This document shows, one piece after another, positions 31,809 to 45,520 of a stretch of DNA of 64,000 nt. The stretch is taken from assembly GCF_009914755.1 (NCBI RefSeq), contig NC_060927.1; one strand, given 5' to 3'. The position numbers and the translations under genes were made by a program. The notes under the pieces are model-generated. The model was not told the origin of the DNA. It made no database searches and saw only the letters and a list, made by a program, of their open reading frames with translations. The stretch comes from the human T2T-CHM13v2.0 reference genome, Homo sapiens. The number at the start of each line of letters is the position of its first letter. Position 1 is the stretch's first letter.

Positions 31809-32650
31809 TATGTTTCACTCTGAGAATGCAAAAAATATTGTCAATTTAAGGTCTTTTTTATACATTATATATGACTTCAAACTCTAAAAATTTTTATAAA
31901 CCAACTTGAGGTTCAATAGATGATATAAATAATGTTGAGGTGAATTTCTTTCTCATAAACATAGAGTTTACTATTTCAAGGACTATATGTTTCACATTAT
32001 AATCAATAATTATAATATATACTATATACTTTCTGAAACTCTTCTAAAACAATTTCCCTTGATAATTTATAAATTACATTCAATACATTTAGGAAAATTC
32101 TACCAAACTAGCACACTTACATTCAAGATTTAATGCTGAATTCCATGCACATTTTAACCAGAAGCTTTTTTTGATGATACACAGCATCCAATGGAATGCA
32201 GCAGTTTTAGGACAAATTCTGGAGGTTGCTTAGACCACTTAGTTTCCTTTTTTCATTTCATCTTTAAGCCTGTTTTATAAAGCGATAAAATATTTAGGCC
32301 TTTCCTACTTCTTTGAGCAGAGTGAGAAATGTTCTTTGGGGGAAAGTTCTTTAGTGGGAAAATCCCTTATACATCAAAAAACTCTTCAGATGATTATCAT
32401 TCCCAGGACAAGTTCAAGCCACCTAAGTAATTTATCTTCTTTAAGTATGTTTATTCATTTCAAAAAAAAAAATAAAGCATGTAATATGTTATTTAATCAG
32501 AAGCATTTTTAATATAAAACTCACTTTTATAAAGAAAATGTCTGCTTCTACATAAAACAGTAGTATTTAATAAGAATAACTTCAAAACATAATTTCTCAC
32601 TCCATAACAATTATACTGGAGCAAAAATTCTGGGTTCTTACCCTCTAATC

Positions 32651-32830
32651 CAGCATTGTCAAATATAACTTTCTGCAATGATGATGAAAATGTCCTATTA
32701 TGTGCTCTTTCTGAAACAGTAGCCACTAGTCACAGGAGGCTTTTGAATACTTGAAACTGAACTTTATTATTTCATTTTATTTTAATCAATTATCTTTAAA
32801 TGCAACAAGCAACTAGCTATTGTGTTAGAC
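32651..32830. mobile_element. MER3-like hAT-Charlie element, interrupted near its end by MER1B
   Basis: CAGCATTGTCAAATATAACTTTCTGCAATGATG...GTAGCCACTAGTCAC. Confidence 0.7.
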
Positions 32831-33112
32831 CAGGGGTCCCCAATCCCCAGCTGCAGCAGCCGGCATTAGCCCCTGAGCTCCATCTCCTGTCAGATCAGTG
32901 GTGGCATTAGATGCTCACGGCACAAACCCTACTGTGAACTGAGCAAGCAAGGGATCTAGGTTGTGCTCTTCTTATGAGAGTCTAATGCCTGATGATCTGA
33001 GATTGGAGGTGGAATAGCTGCACTCCAAAACCATTCCCTGCCCCTCTCTGTCTGTGGAAAAATTGTCTTCTAAGAAACAAGTCCCTGGTGCCAAAAAGGC
33101 TGGGGACCTCTG
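32831..33112 (+). mobile_element. MER1B (hAT-Charlie) with perfect 8-bp TSD
   Basis: TIRs CAGGGGTCCCCA / TGGGGACCTCTG; TSD TGTTAGAC at 32823-32830 and 33113-33120. Confidence 0.9.
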
Positions 33113-35112
33113 TGTTAGACAACATTTTCTAACCTATGGTTAAGTGAAAATAAATGCAATGGGGGAAATCCCAATCTGTAGCAACAGCTTTTCAACACTG
33201 GTATACATTACAATGAAAATCTTAATTTGTATCTACTGATATTTAACTGCTTGGTACATCACAGTCGACGAGAGAGGTCGGGACTGCTAATTATTCAGAT
33301 GTCAGAGAAGCCCACTTCTGATCTACTAAACTAAATCTCTTAGTGATGTAATTTAACAAGTACCAGAGGTAATTCCAAGGCACATTAAAGTTTGAGAACA
33401 CCTGATTTCTTTCGCTTACAAGCCAAAGTTAAGTCACTGCTTTTCTCTAACAGGAAATAGGAATTTGTACTGCTTAACTATTGAATTCTAATATTAAAAC
33501 ATATTGCTTTAATTTAAATACAATTGGCACCTCTTAATCAACATTTCTTATAGAGCTCCATCTCCTTAGAAATGACTGGAAAATAAATTATTTCACATTT
33601 TAAATACCACTAAGTATCAATTAATTTCCCTGGACAAATGCTACACTTCATCAGATCTGGTCTCTCTGTAGATCCCACAGTAAATGAATTATCTGCTTTA
33701 ATTATAGCACACAACTCTTTCTTCAGTCCTACAGCTTTAAACCCATATCCTAATATTTGGTTACATATATCTATGTGACATTATTCTGATTCTCAATTTC
33801 CTCATCTGTAAATGAAATAAAACTGGAATGAAAACTCCTACCTCACAGGATTGTTACAACAGCCAAATGTAACGTACCTAGCAGAGTGTCTGGCACATAT
33901 GTAATAAATGCTAGGTATCCAGTTTCCTTCCTTTTCCTAGTGACTGTTTTTCTATTTATTTCCCTTTTAATATACTCCATCTGTCAATACTGTTGATGGC
34001 TGCCTGAAATCACTTAACTCTTACTTGCAGGTTCAGGGCCAGAGGAGCCCTAGAGCACTGCTTCCCTCGGCAAGGGAAATATAAGGACATGTGACTCACT
34101 GGCTTCTCATCAAGTCAGTCCTGTAAGGCAGTTCTGTTATGACCTGGCCATGCTTTCCCACCTCCCCACCCCCACCCCATCCTTGAAGCTAAGCTATTGT
34201 TTTATCACTCCAAGCCAACCCCTATTCCTACAATTCCAAGCCAAGCCTAGTTCCTGTAACTAAAATCTAACTTCCCTCCTTCCAAAACCTTATTTTGAGG
34301 TTTTGCCTCACATCCATCTAACACTCCCCATTTCACTTTCTCCAAGAGAGAAAGAAACTGGGCACTGAAGTCTTCCCGAATTTAGACTGAACTTGGGAGT
34401 AGGAGACATACAGCATTAGATGTATCTTGTTAAAAACCTTTTTGTTTCTAACAAGCAATCACGACCCTCCTTCATTATTTGTGGAGTTCTATAGCTGTAG
34501 GGCCGGTCCCTTATTTTTAGTATTTTTTAATTTTAAAATGTTAATCCCTTGTATAAATACCAACAATCTAAAAAGATCCATAAATCTAATAAAAATATTT
34601 CAACATTATATACAGCAAAATGATTTATTTAACTTATAAGAAAAGATGGATAACTAGTCTTAAATTAGGGTGAAATTAAATCGTATCTTTAAAAAAAGAA
34701 AGGCAAAGAGAAATATTTTGAAACTGGCTATATAGTTAAGGTCATAATTCTCCTGAGGTTTACTTGCTCTCATCTTCCAAAGGTGAACACATCATAAACT
34801 TGCAAGTCATTTTGAGATTAGAACGGCAAACAAATAAATGTTTTCATTTCAGTTTAAGAAACTATGAGTGGAGGGAAATCAATCTTTCATCTTAAACACA
34901 GTTTATTTTTAAAGTTCTGTTACAGAAGTATCAAAAGATCTGCAAGTTTTATTTGTTATCTCATTGGAGAGGGCATGGAATTTAATTTTAAAGATAAACC
35001 ACTTTTCTATGTCAATTTTATAAGGACCTTGAATGCTAACAAAACACTCAGGTGGGAGCCACAGGAGTCATGAAATGGAAAACATGTCACTTTATAGGAA
35101 CTGTATAGATTC

Positions 35113-35397
35113 TTTTTTTTTTTTTTTTTTTTTAAGGCAGAGTCTCACTCTGTCTCCCAGGCTGGAATGCAGTGGTGCGATCTTGGCTCACTGCAACCTC
35201 TGCTTCCCAGGTTCAACCAATTCTCCTCCCGAATAGCTGGGATTATAGGTGTGCGCCACTCACATGGTGAAATTAGCAAGCCCAGCTACTTTCACCATGA
35301 TGGGGATGGGGTTTCACCATGTTGGCCAGGCTGGTCTCGAACTCCTGACCTCAAGTGAGCTGCCTACCTGGGCTTCTCAAAGTGCTAAGATTACAGA
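35113..35397 (-). mobile_element. AluS with a rearranged central linker
   Basis: Both arms recognisable; A-rich linker replaced (see findings). Confidence 0.88.
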
Positions 35398-37949
35398 TAT
35401 TCTTAAATAAAATAGATATTTTAAAATGATCAACTCTTTGGTCTCCAAAAAGAAAAAAAAAAGGCAGTAAGAAGAAATTAAAGAATCAAATTTGGCCAAA
35501 TTTCACTCAGTCTTCTTTCTTTCTTTTTTAGGAGTTGTTTCTAGGTCAATTCAATAACAATACAAATAAGAAAGTATAAGTTTTTGTATTCTACAAGGTG
35601 CAATGCATCCTTCTTGGCTGACAAATAGGTTTCATTCAAATAATATACCAGTAAATTTTGTATTACATTTCATTACTGGTAAGGTTAAAAGATGAATTTT
35701 ATAACAGGCACAAATAGGCACCAGTGTTTTCTGTATTTTATCTTAATGAATCTCCATGATATTCCTATTTTTAAATATTTACAGATGGTTAGAAAGGAAG
35801 GCTCAAAATAGTTAAGTACTTTGTCTGAGGTCTAATTTTTAGTAAATAACTTGTCTGTCTCATCCTACTCCAGTAAGCTGAAATCATCTGATTTTTGTGA
35901 AGCTGAAGTATATATGAGTGGATCCCAAAACCTTATTGCATAAGCATTGCTCCATAAACTAATAAACTACTCTTTGGAAAACAACGCTTTTTCCCTTAAA
36001 TATAAGAAGATAGTTATAATTGATAAAATATATGGTTTATTTTTAAAATTACTAAATTCCTAGAAGCTCTGTTTCTCCAAGTCAAATGGCTGCTAAACCT
36101 ATAACTACTATCAACATGGAAGCTCAAATATTAAAATCAGGTCCCTACATTCATAAAGGATGAAGGTGAATGTGGTAGAAGACAGCACTACAAGTCTACA
36201 AACAAAAAGAATACTTAACTTCCATTTCCTTTTCCTAGTAACTATTTTGAATCACATATTAGTTACATTGCTAATCACTTGACACAGAATGTTGGAAACA
36301 TGATAGCAGAGTAAGGTTGACAATAACATATTTTATCCTGACTCTAGATCAGGGTATTTGAAAATGACTATAATCTTAGTAGAATCAAATAAATCTATGG
36401 TGAACTCCACTTCCTGGGCATTCTTAGTCAATCTGCTTGGGAAGTTCAGTATCATCTGAGTACGCCTACTCAATGCTGCATGTGTTGCACTGAAACAGCA
36501 GCCTATTGTGACGTGTCTGGCAGAGCCACATGTGGAGATTTTAATCCCTCACATTTTCTGAAGTTTGACTTTCAAAAAACCCAGAAGCCAAACATATGAA
36601 AAGGATTATTTTATACAAAAATCATATGGACACAAACTTAATTTTCCATTGCACATCAAACTAAAAATAAACAATAATTGAAGAACCTGGTTTTTGCAGA
36701 CAGTTAAATTACTTTATTATTAAATGTTGCTAAATACTCAGTGAGTTACGACTGAAACATATTTCACACAAAAACAAAAAGATAGATAAAAATTATTCTC
36801 ATTTGAAACTTTGGCAGTTTTAAAATATAATCTTTTTGGATACATAGGGGAAAGAGAATGACCTACAAATGGTTATTGTGCCAGTTTATATTTTAGAGCA
36901 CATTTTATTTCTTAAAATGAGAGGACAGAGGAGCCAAAGACTCATTAAAGGTGAAGAAAAAGAGAAAAAGTAAACTTACAATAATTACTTCAAGAGAATA
37001 TATTTTTCATTATATTGATTTTGAATATATTAAATACTTTTCAAATGAATGATTTCCCAGCACTGATGATTCTGTAGGACTGATAATAATATTTACTTCA
37101 CAGATTAAATAATTTAGAAAAAATTACTCAACTAGGTAATATATGTTCACATAACGATGTCTCCTTTCTGTTTTCCTTCTTTGATGCTGGCTAAACAGAC
37201 CAAAATAATTTCTGATTTAAAATAATACTACACTGCAGGGTGATATAAACAGCTCTTTTATCACAGGCGTCCAACCTTCAAACAGTGAACTATATCTACC
37301 CCTACCATATTTTAAGGTACTTTAAAGTGAGATTTTATTTACATGTTTTAGAAACTAAAATCATAATTGTTGTTTAACTATCACTTCCCCAAATCTGAAA
37401 AATAAATAGGTTAAGAAGTTCTGAATTCAAATGACTTGTCCAGGGATTTTAATATTAAAATAATCTATAACCTAAACTAACCATAATAGTAGAATAATTA
37501 ACTATTAAAATGACAAAAAAATCTTTGCAGAGGTAATAAGGAAATCATCTTCCAGAACAATTATAATTTATCCCATTTAATTCACAAGAAATGGATGCTT
37601 TTATCATCCCATTTACCATAGGGATATGGGTAATAATACAGTCAAGTGACTCACCCAAGTTTATTCAGTCAGTTAGTAATAGGGCTACGATTTCAATCTA
37701 GGTCATTTGATAGCAAAGCTCTTCTCACCATAGTTGATATCTCTGAGTGTTTATTGTTAGTATAGATTGCAAAAAAAAAAAAAGTCACTGTATCCTCATA
37801 TGTGGCAACAACAGAATTAAGAGTACAAAGAATATACACATACAATACTAGAATACACATATGACAGTGTACTAGAATACACAAAAGCAGTTTCTTAGAT
37901 TTGGTTCAGAGTAGAATCACTGGGGAAATTCCTATTAAAAATGTCCAGG

Positions 37950-38241
37950 GGCCAGCTGTGGGTGGCTCATGCCCATAATCCCAGCACTTTGGGAGGCTGA
38001 GGTAGGTGGATTGCTTGAGGTCAGGAGTTTGAGACCAACCTGGCCAACATTGTGAAACCTTCTCTAAAAAAATACAAAAATGAGCCAGGCATGGTGGTGG
38101 GCATCTGTAGTCCCAGTTACTCGGGAGGCTGAGGCAGGAGGATCACCTAAGCCCGGGAGGCGGAGGTTGCAGACAGCCAAGACTGTGCCACTGCACTGCA
38201 CTCCAGCCTGGGTGTCCTAGCAAGACCCTGTCTCAAAAAAA
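37950..38241 (+). mobile_element. AluJ-like, inserted into a MER5-like element
   Basis: TSD-like AAATGTCCAGG / AAGTGTCCAGG; flanks read as MER5 (CAGTTTCTTAGA...GATTCTGATTTGGTAGGTCT). Confidence 0.85.
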
Positions 38242-38579
38242 GAAGTGTCCAGGACTCAACCCAGGGATTCTGATTTGGTAGGTCTAAAGTGTGGCTCCAA
38301 CTATGTTCATTCACCAGACTATAACCTAAGAAAATGACTGAGAACTGCTGATACACAGAAAAGGAGGTCTTGCTACAGGAAAATGGGTTACCCTCAAAAG
38401 AATAAAATGGGTAAAGTGGCCAGGCCAACCATACTGCTCAACCCAGGAACCCTGATATACCTCTAACCTGCCTAACACAAAACCAAAACGTTTAGAGATC
38501 TAATGGACAAATAAAAGAGCTTCTATGCAATAGTATGAGTTAGATAAAAAATCAAATACTTTGTACTGACATCTTTTAA

Positions 38580-38906
<327 letters not shown>

Positions 38907-40244
38907 TTAAATCTTTTAAAATATCTCAAAAGTTAATTAAACACATTCCTTATAAATAGTCATAACAAGGAACATAGCCATTGGTCATATGAGTTAATTC
39001 TCACACAGATGACTACAGTCCACAGTGTAATTTTATAAATTCCTTTTACTTCTTGCATGAACAAAGGGCTTAGTTTGAGTATTTTCTAAGAAGTGTCAAA
39101 GGCAAACCTTTGAAGGTCTATTAAACAAACAGGACAGTTCTTTCAACATCTGTGCTTTGAAAACCAGGTCAACGCTACATAGTATAATCATAACATCATA
39201 CCTTTCACAAACATGAAAAATGGATCCACGGATTTACCTTAAAATAGCTCTAGAATTTTTCATTTTGAGAATTTGATGATATAATATTATGACAATGATA
39301 TTACAATTTGAAAACAAACAATGTACACAACTCTGGTCAGGGCTGTACTAACTAGAGTTGTATTATAAGCTCACTAACATATAAAGAAATTAGACAGTGG
39401 GTGGCATTCCTAATTCCATTCATGATTCGTTTTCTTTCATGGATTGGTTTAAAAGATTATTAAAATCATTCATTCCCCCTCATTGTTAAGGGACAAATAG
39501 AAATTTTCTTCAGCTACATATAAACTTCCCATGGTGGCAATTTTTTGGTGATAGTGGGAAAGTCCTTGGCCTGTACACCCTTCCTCTGTTTTTCAGATAT
39601 CAGGTTCCATTCCTCGATCACAGTGGTAAGCAAAGGCCTCAGGCTGGTGATACCAATTACTGGTACCAGAATACACAGATGACTAATGTTGGGGAAACTG
39701 GAATCCTTCCTGGGATTTTCCTACCTGGAGCTGGCAGGGGAAAGCTATTAGATTGTGAGATGCCAAGCATCATGTTTGCTCTTGCACAGAAAAAAGATTT
39801 GTCTGTAAAGTAGAAAAATAAAACAACCACACAAAAAGAAGCAGAGAAAAGAGAACCAGAGCACACTGATGGCACTCAGTCATTAGTTTCACTTGGCTTT
39901 TAAGTCTGATCCTGCCAATGCATTTTCTATGGCTTGAGCAAATGAGTCAATGAGTTTTTGCTGTCTTGTTGTTACTCCGTGAGTTTCTTTTGCTTGCAAT
40001 GAAATAGTCATAATATACTAATTTCCTTATTAATTCCAGCTTTTCCTCCCTTGGACTGTGTCACCATGGAAAACTTGCTAGAAATTTTATGTTATCACTC
40101 CTCCACTTCTCCATTGCCTTCAAGGCTCTCTTTATCTCCTTGTCTTCCATTAAGCCTTGTTAGACCAATATCATCCATGTCCCCTTTGTACTGAAAAAAA
40201 GACCTATCTTCTTATCTATGACTAATACTCAATTATATACCTTT

Positions 40245-40446
40245 CATATATATATATATGAAGCTATATATATATAGAAGCTATACAAGAAGCTATATAT
40301 ATAAGAAGCTATATATATATTATATATATAAGAAGCTATATATATATTATATATATAAGAAGCTATATATAATATATATAAGAATATATATAAGAAGCTA
40401 TACATATATGAAGCTATATATATATATATATATATATAGCTTCTTA
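40245..40446. repeat. AT-rich minisatellite of (A)GAAGC(TA)n units ending in a perfect palindrome
   Basis: About 8 GAAGCTATA units separated by (TA)n, then an inverted TATAGCTTCTTA. Confidence 0.9.
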
Positions 40447-43400
40447 GGTTAATAACAGCTTGAAGGTAAACTTTTTTGCAATCACCACAGATTACTATAT
40501 ACTTCCAAGCATACAAGGCAATTAAATAAATTCTGGCATACTTTTCATATTTTTCAGTGAGAACTGAGGAAGTAATGTTAGCTAAAAATTTAATTTATTC
40601 AGATGAAAAAGGTTACATAAATATCGCATATTTATCATATATCGGTTCTCTGAATTGTTCTAAAGTTTTTATTCTAAACAATAATGTCTGAGGTGGACAT
40701 GTAGTACAGTCACATTAAGTTTCTTAGAGAATTATTTTCAAAACTCTTGAGTGTGTATCATATTTTCCTTACAAATACGTAATCAGCATTGTACAACTTT
40801 GGTCTAGCAGAAAGTTATAAGACTGAGTAGATGAGCTACCAAAATGAAACTGTTAAGTATTCACCAAATCAAAAGCATTTTTCTTAAAGCAAAATATTCT
40901 TCCTGTTTTAATTTCAAAAAAAAACATCATTAGCGAATAATTTTTAAACCAACTTATACCTAAATTACTTATCTTCAAATATTACAGGCATCCTGTATTA
41001 TATTTGCATCATGGGCCAATATAACAATTTCTATTAGTGTACAAATAAAGTCCATGGTACTCATTTCTCTTGAAATACAACATTAAATGAATATGTTTCA
41101 ACAATGTCAAAGAGGGAGAGAGAACGAAAGGGAAATTCCAGTGATTCAGAACTTTAGACTTAGGAAATTAAAAAAAAGAAGAAGAAAAAAAAGGACACTT
41201 TTCTTGATGGAATGTGTTTCAATTGAAAACCGAATCAAAACTCATGGTAGCGGCTGTGGATTCTTTAGACAGATGGTGTCAACAGACCAGTCGATTAGTC
41301 AGCTTGGCAATAGAAGGATAGATAGTTTTACGAAATGCCACCAAACTCAATATACGAAAAAAAGAAAGAGGCATGAATTTGTACTCTGATACTTGATCCT
41401 GGTTACTGCATGGTTTGTAAAATAGGCTACTCTTGTCACCAGCAGTTTAGAGTTTCCTCGTTAGATTTTCATAGAAATGGTTCTCAGAACACAAAGCCAA
41501 ATCCCAGAAGGGACAGCTGGGTTTAACAGGTGAAGAGATCACATCTAATGGTTTTTCTATCCAAGTCCCTCTGCTGATTTTCTTTCTTGTTTTCATACCT
41601 AATATAAACTAACAGTATCTATTCCTATTTTTCAAAGATATATCATTTGAGAATGGATAAATGAAGACAAGCAAATATTGTACCCCAAATTTAAAAGTCC
41701 CTATTTATAAATACAAATACAATAATTTAATTTTTGGTTGCTCAAGGTAAAATTCTATATTAGATTACATTTAGTCAAGCTAAAACTAGTGTTCAATAAT
41801 TTTTTCCCCAAGAGCCTAAGACCATGTCTACTAATGCTGCCAAATTAAATCAGAGCCAGAAAGTTTAATTTGATTAGTAATTTTCCTGGTGAGTTTGGGG
41901 CCCTTCTAATGTAAATTAGAATTTTTATTAAAATGGGAATGAAAGCAGGATACTGAGCCCTACAGAGAAAACAGTTGGTTAAGGAAACGGGTCCTGCCTC
42001 TAAAAAGTCTCTTAGACTAATCTCACTCTTATATCTTCAATTTATACTTAAACTAAAATATCTTCCACACCAGCTCTGACAGTAAAAGCCAGTTAAGTGT
42101 ACATGCTAATTAGCTCTGAATATATCATAGCATGTGAAAGATTATCTCCTATGTTCATGTCTTTGCTTACATATAAGGGGAGTTTGATCAGATAAAATAA
42201 CTTTGGTAACAATTTTATCAGTGGTTTCAGAAAAATAAAGCCAGTATGCCTTCCTGAGAATATTGAGAGAGAATATTGAGGGCACAGTGGATAAAAAGAA
42301 TGAGAATTGGTTCTTGGAGAGACTCTCAATTCTGCCATTTAGCTAGTTGTGTAAACCTGGGTGACCAGTTTCTTAACCTTAGTTTCCTGGTTTTAAAAAA
42401 AGGGAGAGGGGATAACCACTGAGAGGAAATGAAAGATAAGGTAGAAAAGACTTAGTAGAGCCAGACATAAAAACAAGCTTTTAATAAGTTTCTTTTCAAA
42501 GCTAAAGTTTTTAGATCACAAATTTCTAGACAGCAAATGAGCAATGTTGAGGTCAAGAAAAAACAGTTGTTGAATATGTGATTACATAAGCACTGAAATT
42601 AATTCGTCCACCTCTTCCATAGCCCAAGGTATTCTGCAACAAATACAAAAAGGAAGAAAAAAGTACCAACTCTTAAGTGGTGAACATAATTATGTTTCTA
42701 TATTCATGTGATATTGCAGACCATTATTTCCTAACATTCAACTTTGATCCTGAAAATGCTTTACTTGGTTTAAGGCAGCATAAAGACCTTTACTCAACAA
42801 ATACTTAAAATATACAGCATAACGTAAAAGTCAGCCTAATTTTGTTCTTTTGTTAATTGTGTTCTTGTTTTTGTGTTTTCTAAATCCTAAGTTTAATCAG
42901 AATTGGTTCTTCATTCTATTAATAGGCTATGGCATCGAATAAGTGCTAAGCAAAACAGACTCAGTGCAATACACATGTTAGAACTGCTCCAGAAAGCGCA
43001 GTCTCAAAATCAAGAGCAAAGAATTAAGGCACAGTACTGAGAAATAACAGTGGCAAGAAAAAAATGGATCTTCATCCTATACTATGCAACTGAGACTCAG
43101 GGTCATCCTGCATCCCAAAGTTCAGACAGGAGCAGTTACCTGAAGAATAGAGGAAAAGGATAAAGTAGCCCTAAATCATGTAGTTTCATTAGTACTGTTA
43201 GTGCCCACCCACTTCTTGAGCCTGACCTGAGGCTGTCTCCACTGTGCCGGTGAGTCTTTGCGCTTATCAGGAACCTATGAGACTGGAGATCCCTCAGGAT
43301 TCCAGCCTTCTGTCTGCCCAGATTTACATGCAGCCTATATTTTCGGACAGAGCTTCTGGCTTAAGGCACATAACAAGCCAATTCTTACCTTTATGGTACC

Positions 43401-45269
43401 CCACAAACCCCTCACTAATTGTCAACAAACTCTTGGCCCTTTTCTGTCTCTCTACAGCAGCATTTGCCCAATTTTAGTTCTATCTCAATCCTATGCTGAT
43501 TCTGTATTTTCATCAGTAACTAACTGAACCTATATACTATATATACAGCTATTCCTTTTTGAAGTCTTTCTTCACTTAATATAACCAAGGGTGTATTCCT
43601 TCATTGTGAGAACACTAATAATGAGTCCAGCAATTAAAGCACATGAGATAACCCTATGCATAAGAGAGCAAAAACAATATATTAATTTTCTCCAAAACGT
43701 CTTTAAAGACCACTATATATGGTTGCCATGTAAACTGCACAAATTATAGCAAACCTACGTATTACCTCCTTACATTTCAATGATAAAATCAGAACTTTGT
43801 GTAACACCAAGTGCCATTTTCTTTAAATTTCTTCATGCTATTTGAAAAGGGGATTCAACTAGAACTTTAAAACAAAACTCAAAATTGGTAAAACAAAAAC
43901 AAAAACAAGAACAAACAAACAAAAAACACTTCTTTCTCTTGTAAAATAACTATGGCCATTTAAGCAGAATATTTCCAATTTTCTACAGATTAAATCCCAA
44001 ACCACTTACCTTGTCAGTTAAAATCATCCACAACCTCATCTCAGTCTATCTTTTTAAACCTCAATTCCCACAGTTTTCCTCTAATTTAGAAAAATCAGAT
44101 TACTCACTGAGATTCCCACATGCTTTGCTTTTTACTCACACACTTCCCTCATCCTAGAATTTCCTTTTCTTTCCCATTACTCTCCTTTTTACTCTCTTCT
44201 TCAAGATATATGATTAATTAAAATAACTTTTTCTGGCTTGAAATGATTTCTTCCTGAAATGTTTTAAATCATTTTCCTTTGTTCTCTGGAATAATTACTT
44301 AAATTGAATAGAATATTTATTTTCTTCTCTCAAACAGCAATGTAACCTCCTTAAGAACAGGAACAGAAATTTTTACATTTTCATATTCTAACTGTAGCAA
44401 TTAGCAAAGGATCTTGATTCAAGCAGTCAATATATATATAATATATATTTTAAAAAAAAAGATTATTCCGTAAGCTACACTGAAAAGAAATAATGGAAAG
44501 TATAAAGGAAACTAACCATGAGAAAATAAAATCTCCTGATCCACCTAGAAATATATACCACAATGTTAGTGTCACACATTTGGAGGTTCCTTACTCCTAC
44601 TCACTGAGGTATGCACTACTGCTCACACTGGTAATTAGGATCACTTAGGACCTTACTGAAACTCTCACCAGTCTCTGTAGGCTGAGAAAAACTACTTAAC
44701 AGTCTATTAATGTTTTTAATATCTATATAGTAAGCTGTTTTAATGTATATAAATGAATTTAAAAATAATTATAATAGTGCCATCTAAACTGGCAAGACAA
44801 AATGTCCTGCTAATTATTTTTAAACATTACCAACACATTAACCATAAACTGCATGTATTCAAATCTGCAATATGCAGCTCCAGAATCTTAGTTATTTTTG
44901 CTCTTTTTTCAAATACAGAAGAGTCTCAGTCTAGTTAGTTAAAGATTTCAAAAATTATCAGATTGAATTGACTGTAGATGATATTTTGATTTCAGATTTA
45001 CACATTATAAATGACCTATTGGTTCACAGATTAAAAAAACCAATAAACATATATGCTTCCATCTAGTGGCCAATTCAATTAACCAAGGTAGTGGGGGGAT
45101 GGAGAAATGAAGAGGGAAATCCATGTGTAACTTGCAATCTCCTTTCAACCAAATAACCCTGTCCTCCTTGGACCAAGTTTCTAGACTAGGTGTCTTCAGT
45201 TTTTACTTCTTCCATAGACTGCTGCTTTACATTTGTTTGAAATGCTGAGAAATGACAACACTGGTATTA

Positions 45270-45520
45270 ATAATACTAATGGCGACAGGCACTTTGGGAG
45301 TCCTTATTGAACGCCAGGCACCACACACAGTATTGCCCATATTATCCCTAAGCTTCACAGTGACATTATAAAGTAGGTAATATTATCCTCATCTTGAAGG
45401 TAGAGAAACCGAGACTCAAAGAGGTGAAGGACTTTCCCTAATGTCCCATACTAGTTAGCAGCACAGGGATTCAATTCACATCCAGGTCTAGTTCTGCTGG
45501 TGCAGAGCCTTGTACTTTTT
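45270..45520 (-). mobile_element. MIR fragment
   Basis: TATTATCCTCATCTTGAAGGTAGAGAAACCGAGACTCAAAGAGGTGAAG. Confidence 0.7.

Noticed and set aside
44004-44012. Consensus minus-strand donor AAG|GTAAGT
   Set aside because: No convincing upstream acceptor to define an exon; such 9-mers are expected by chance in long introns.
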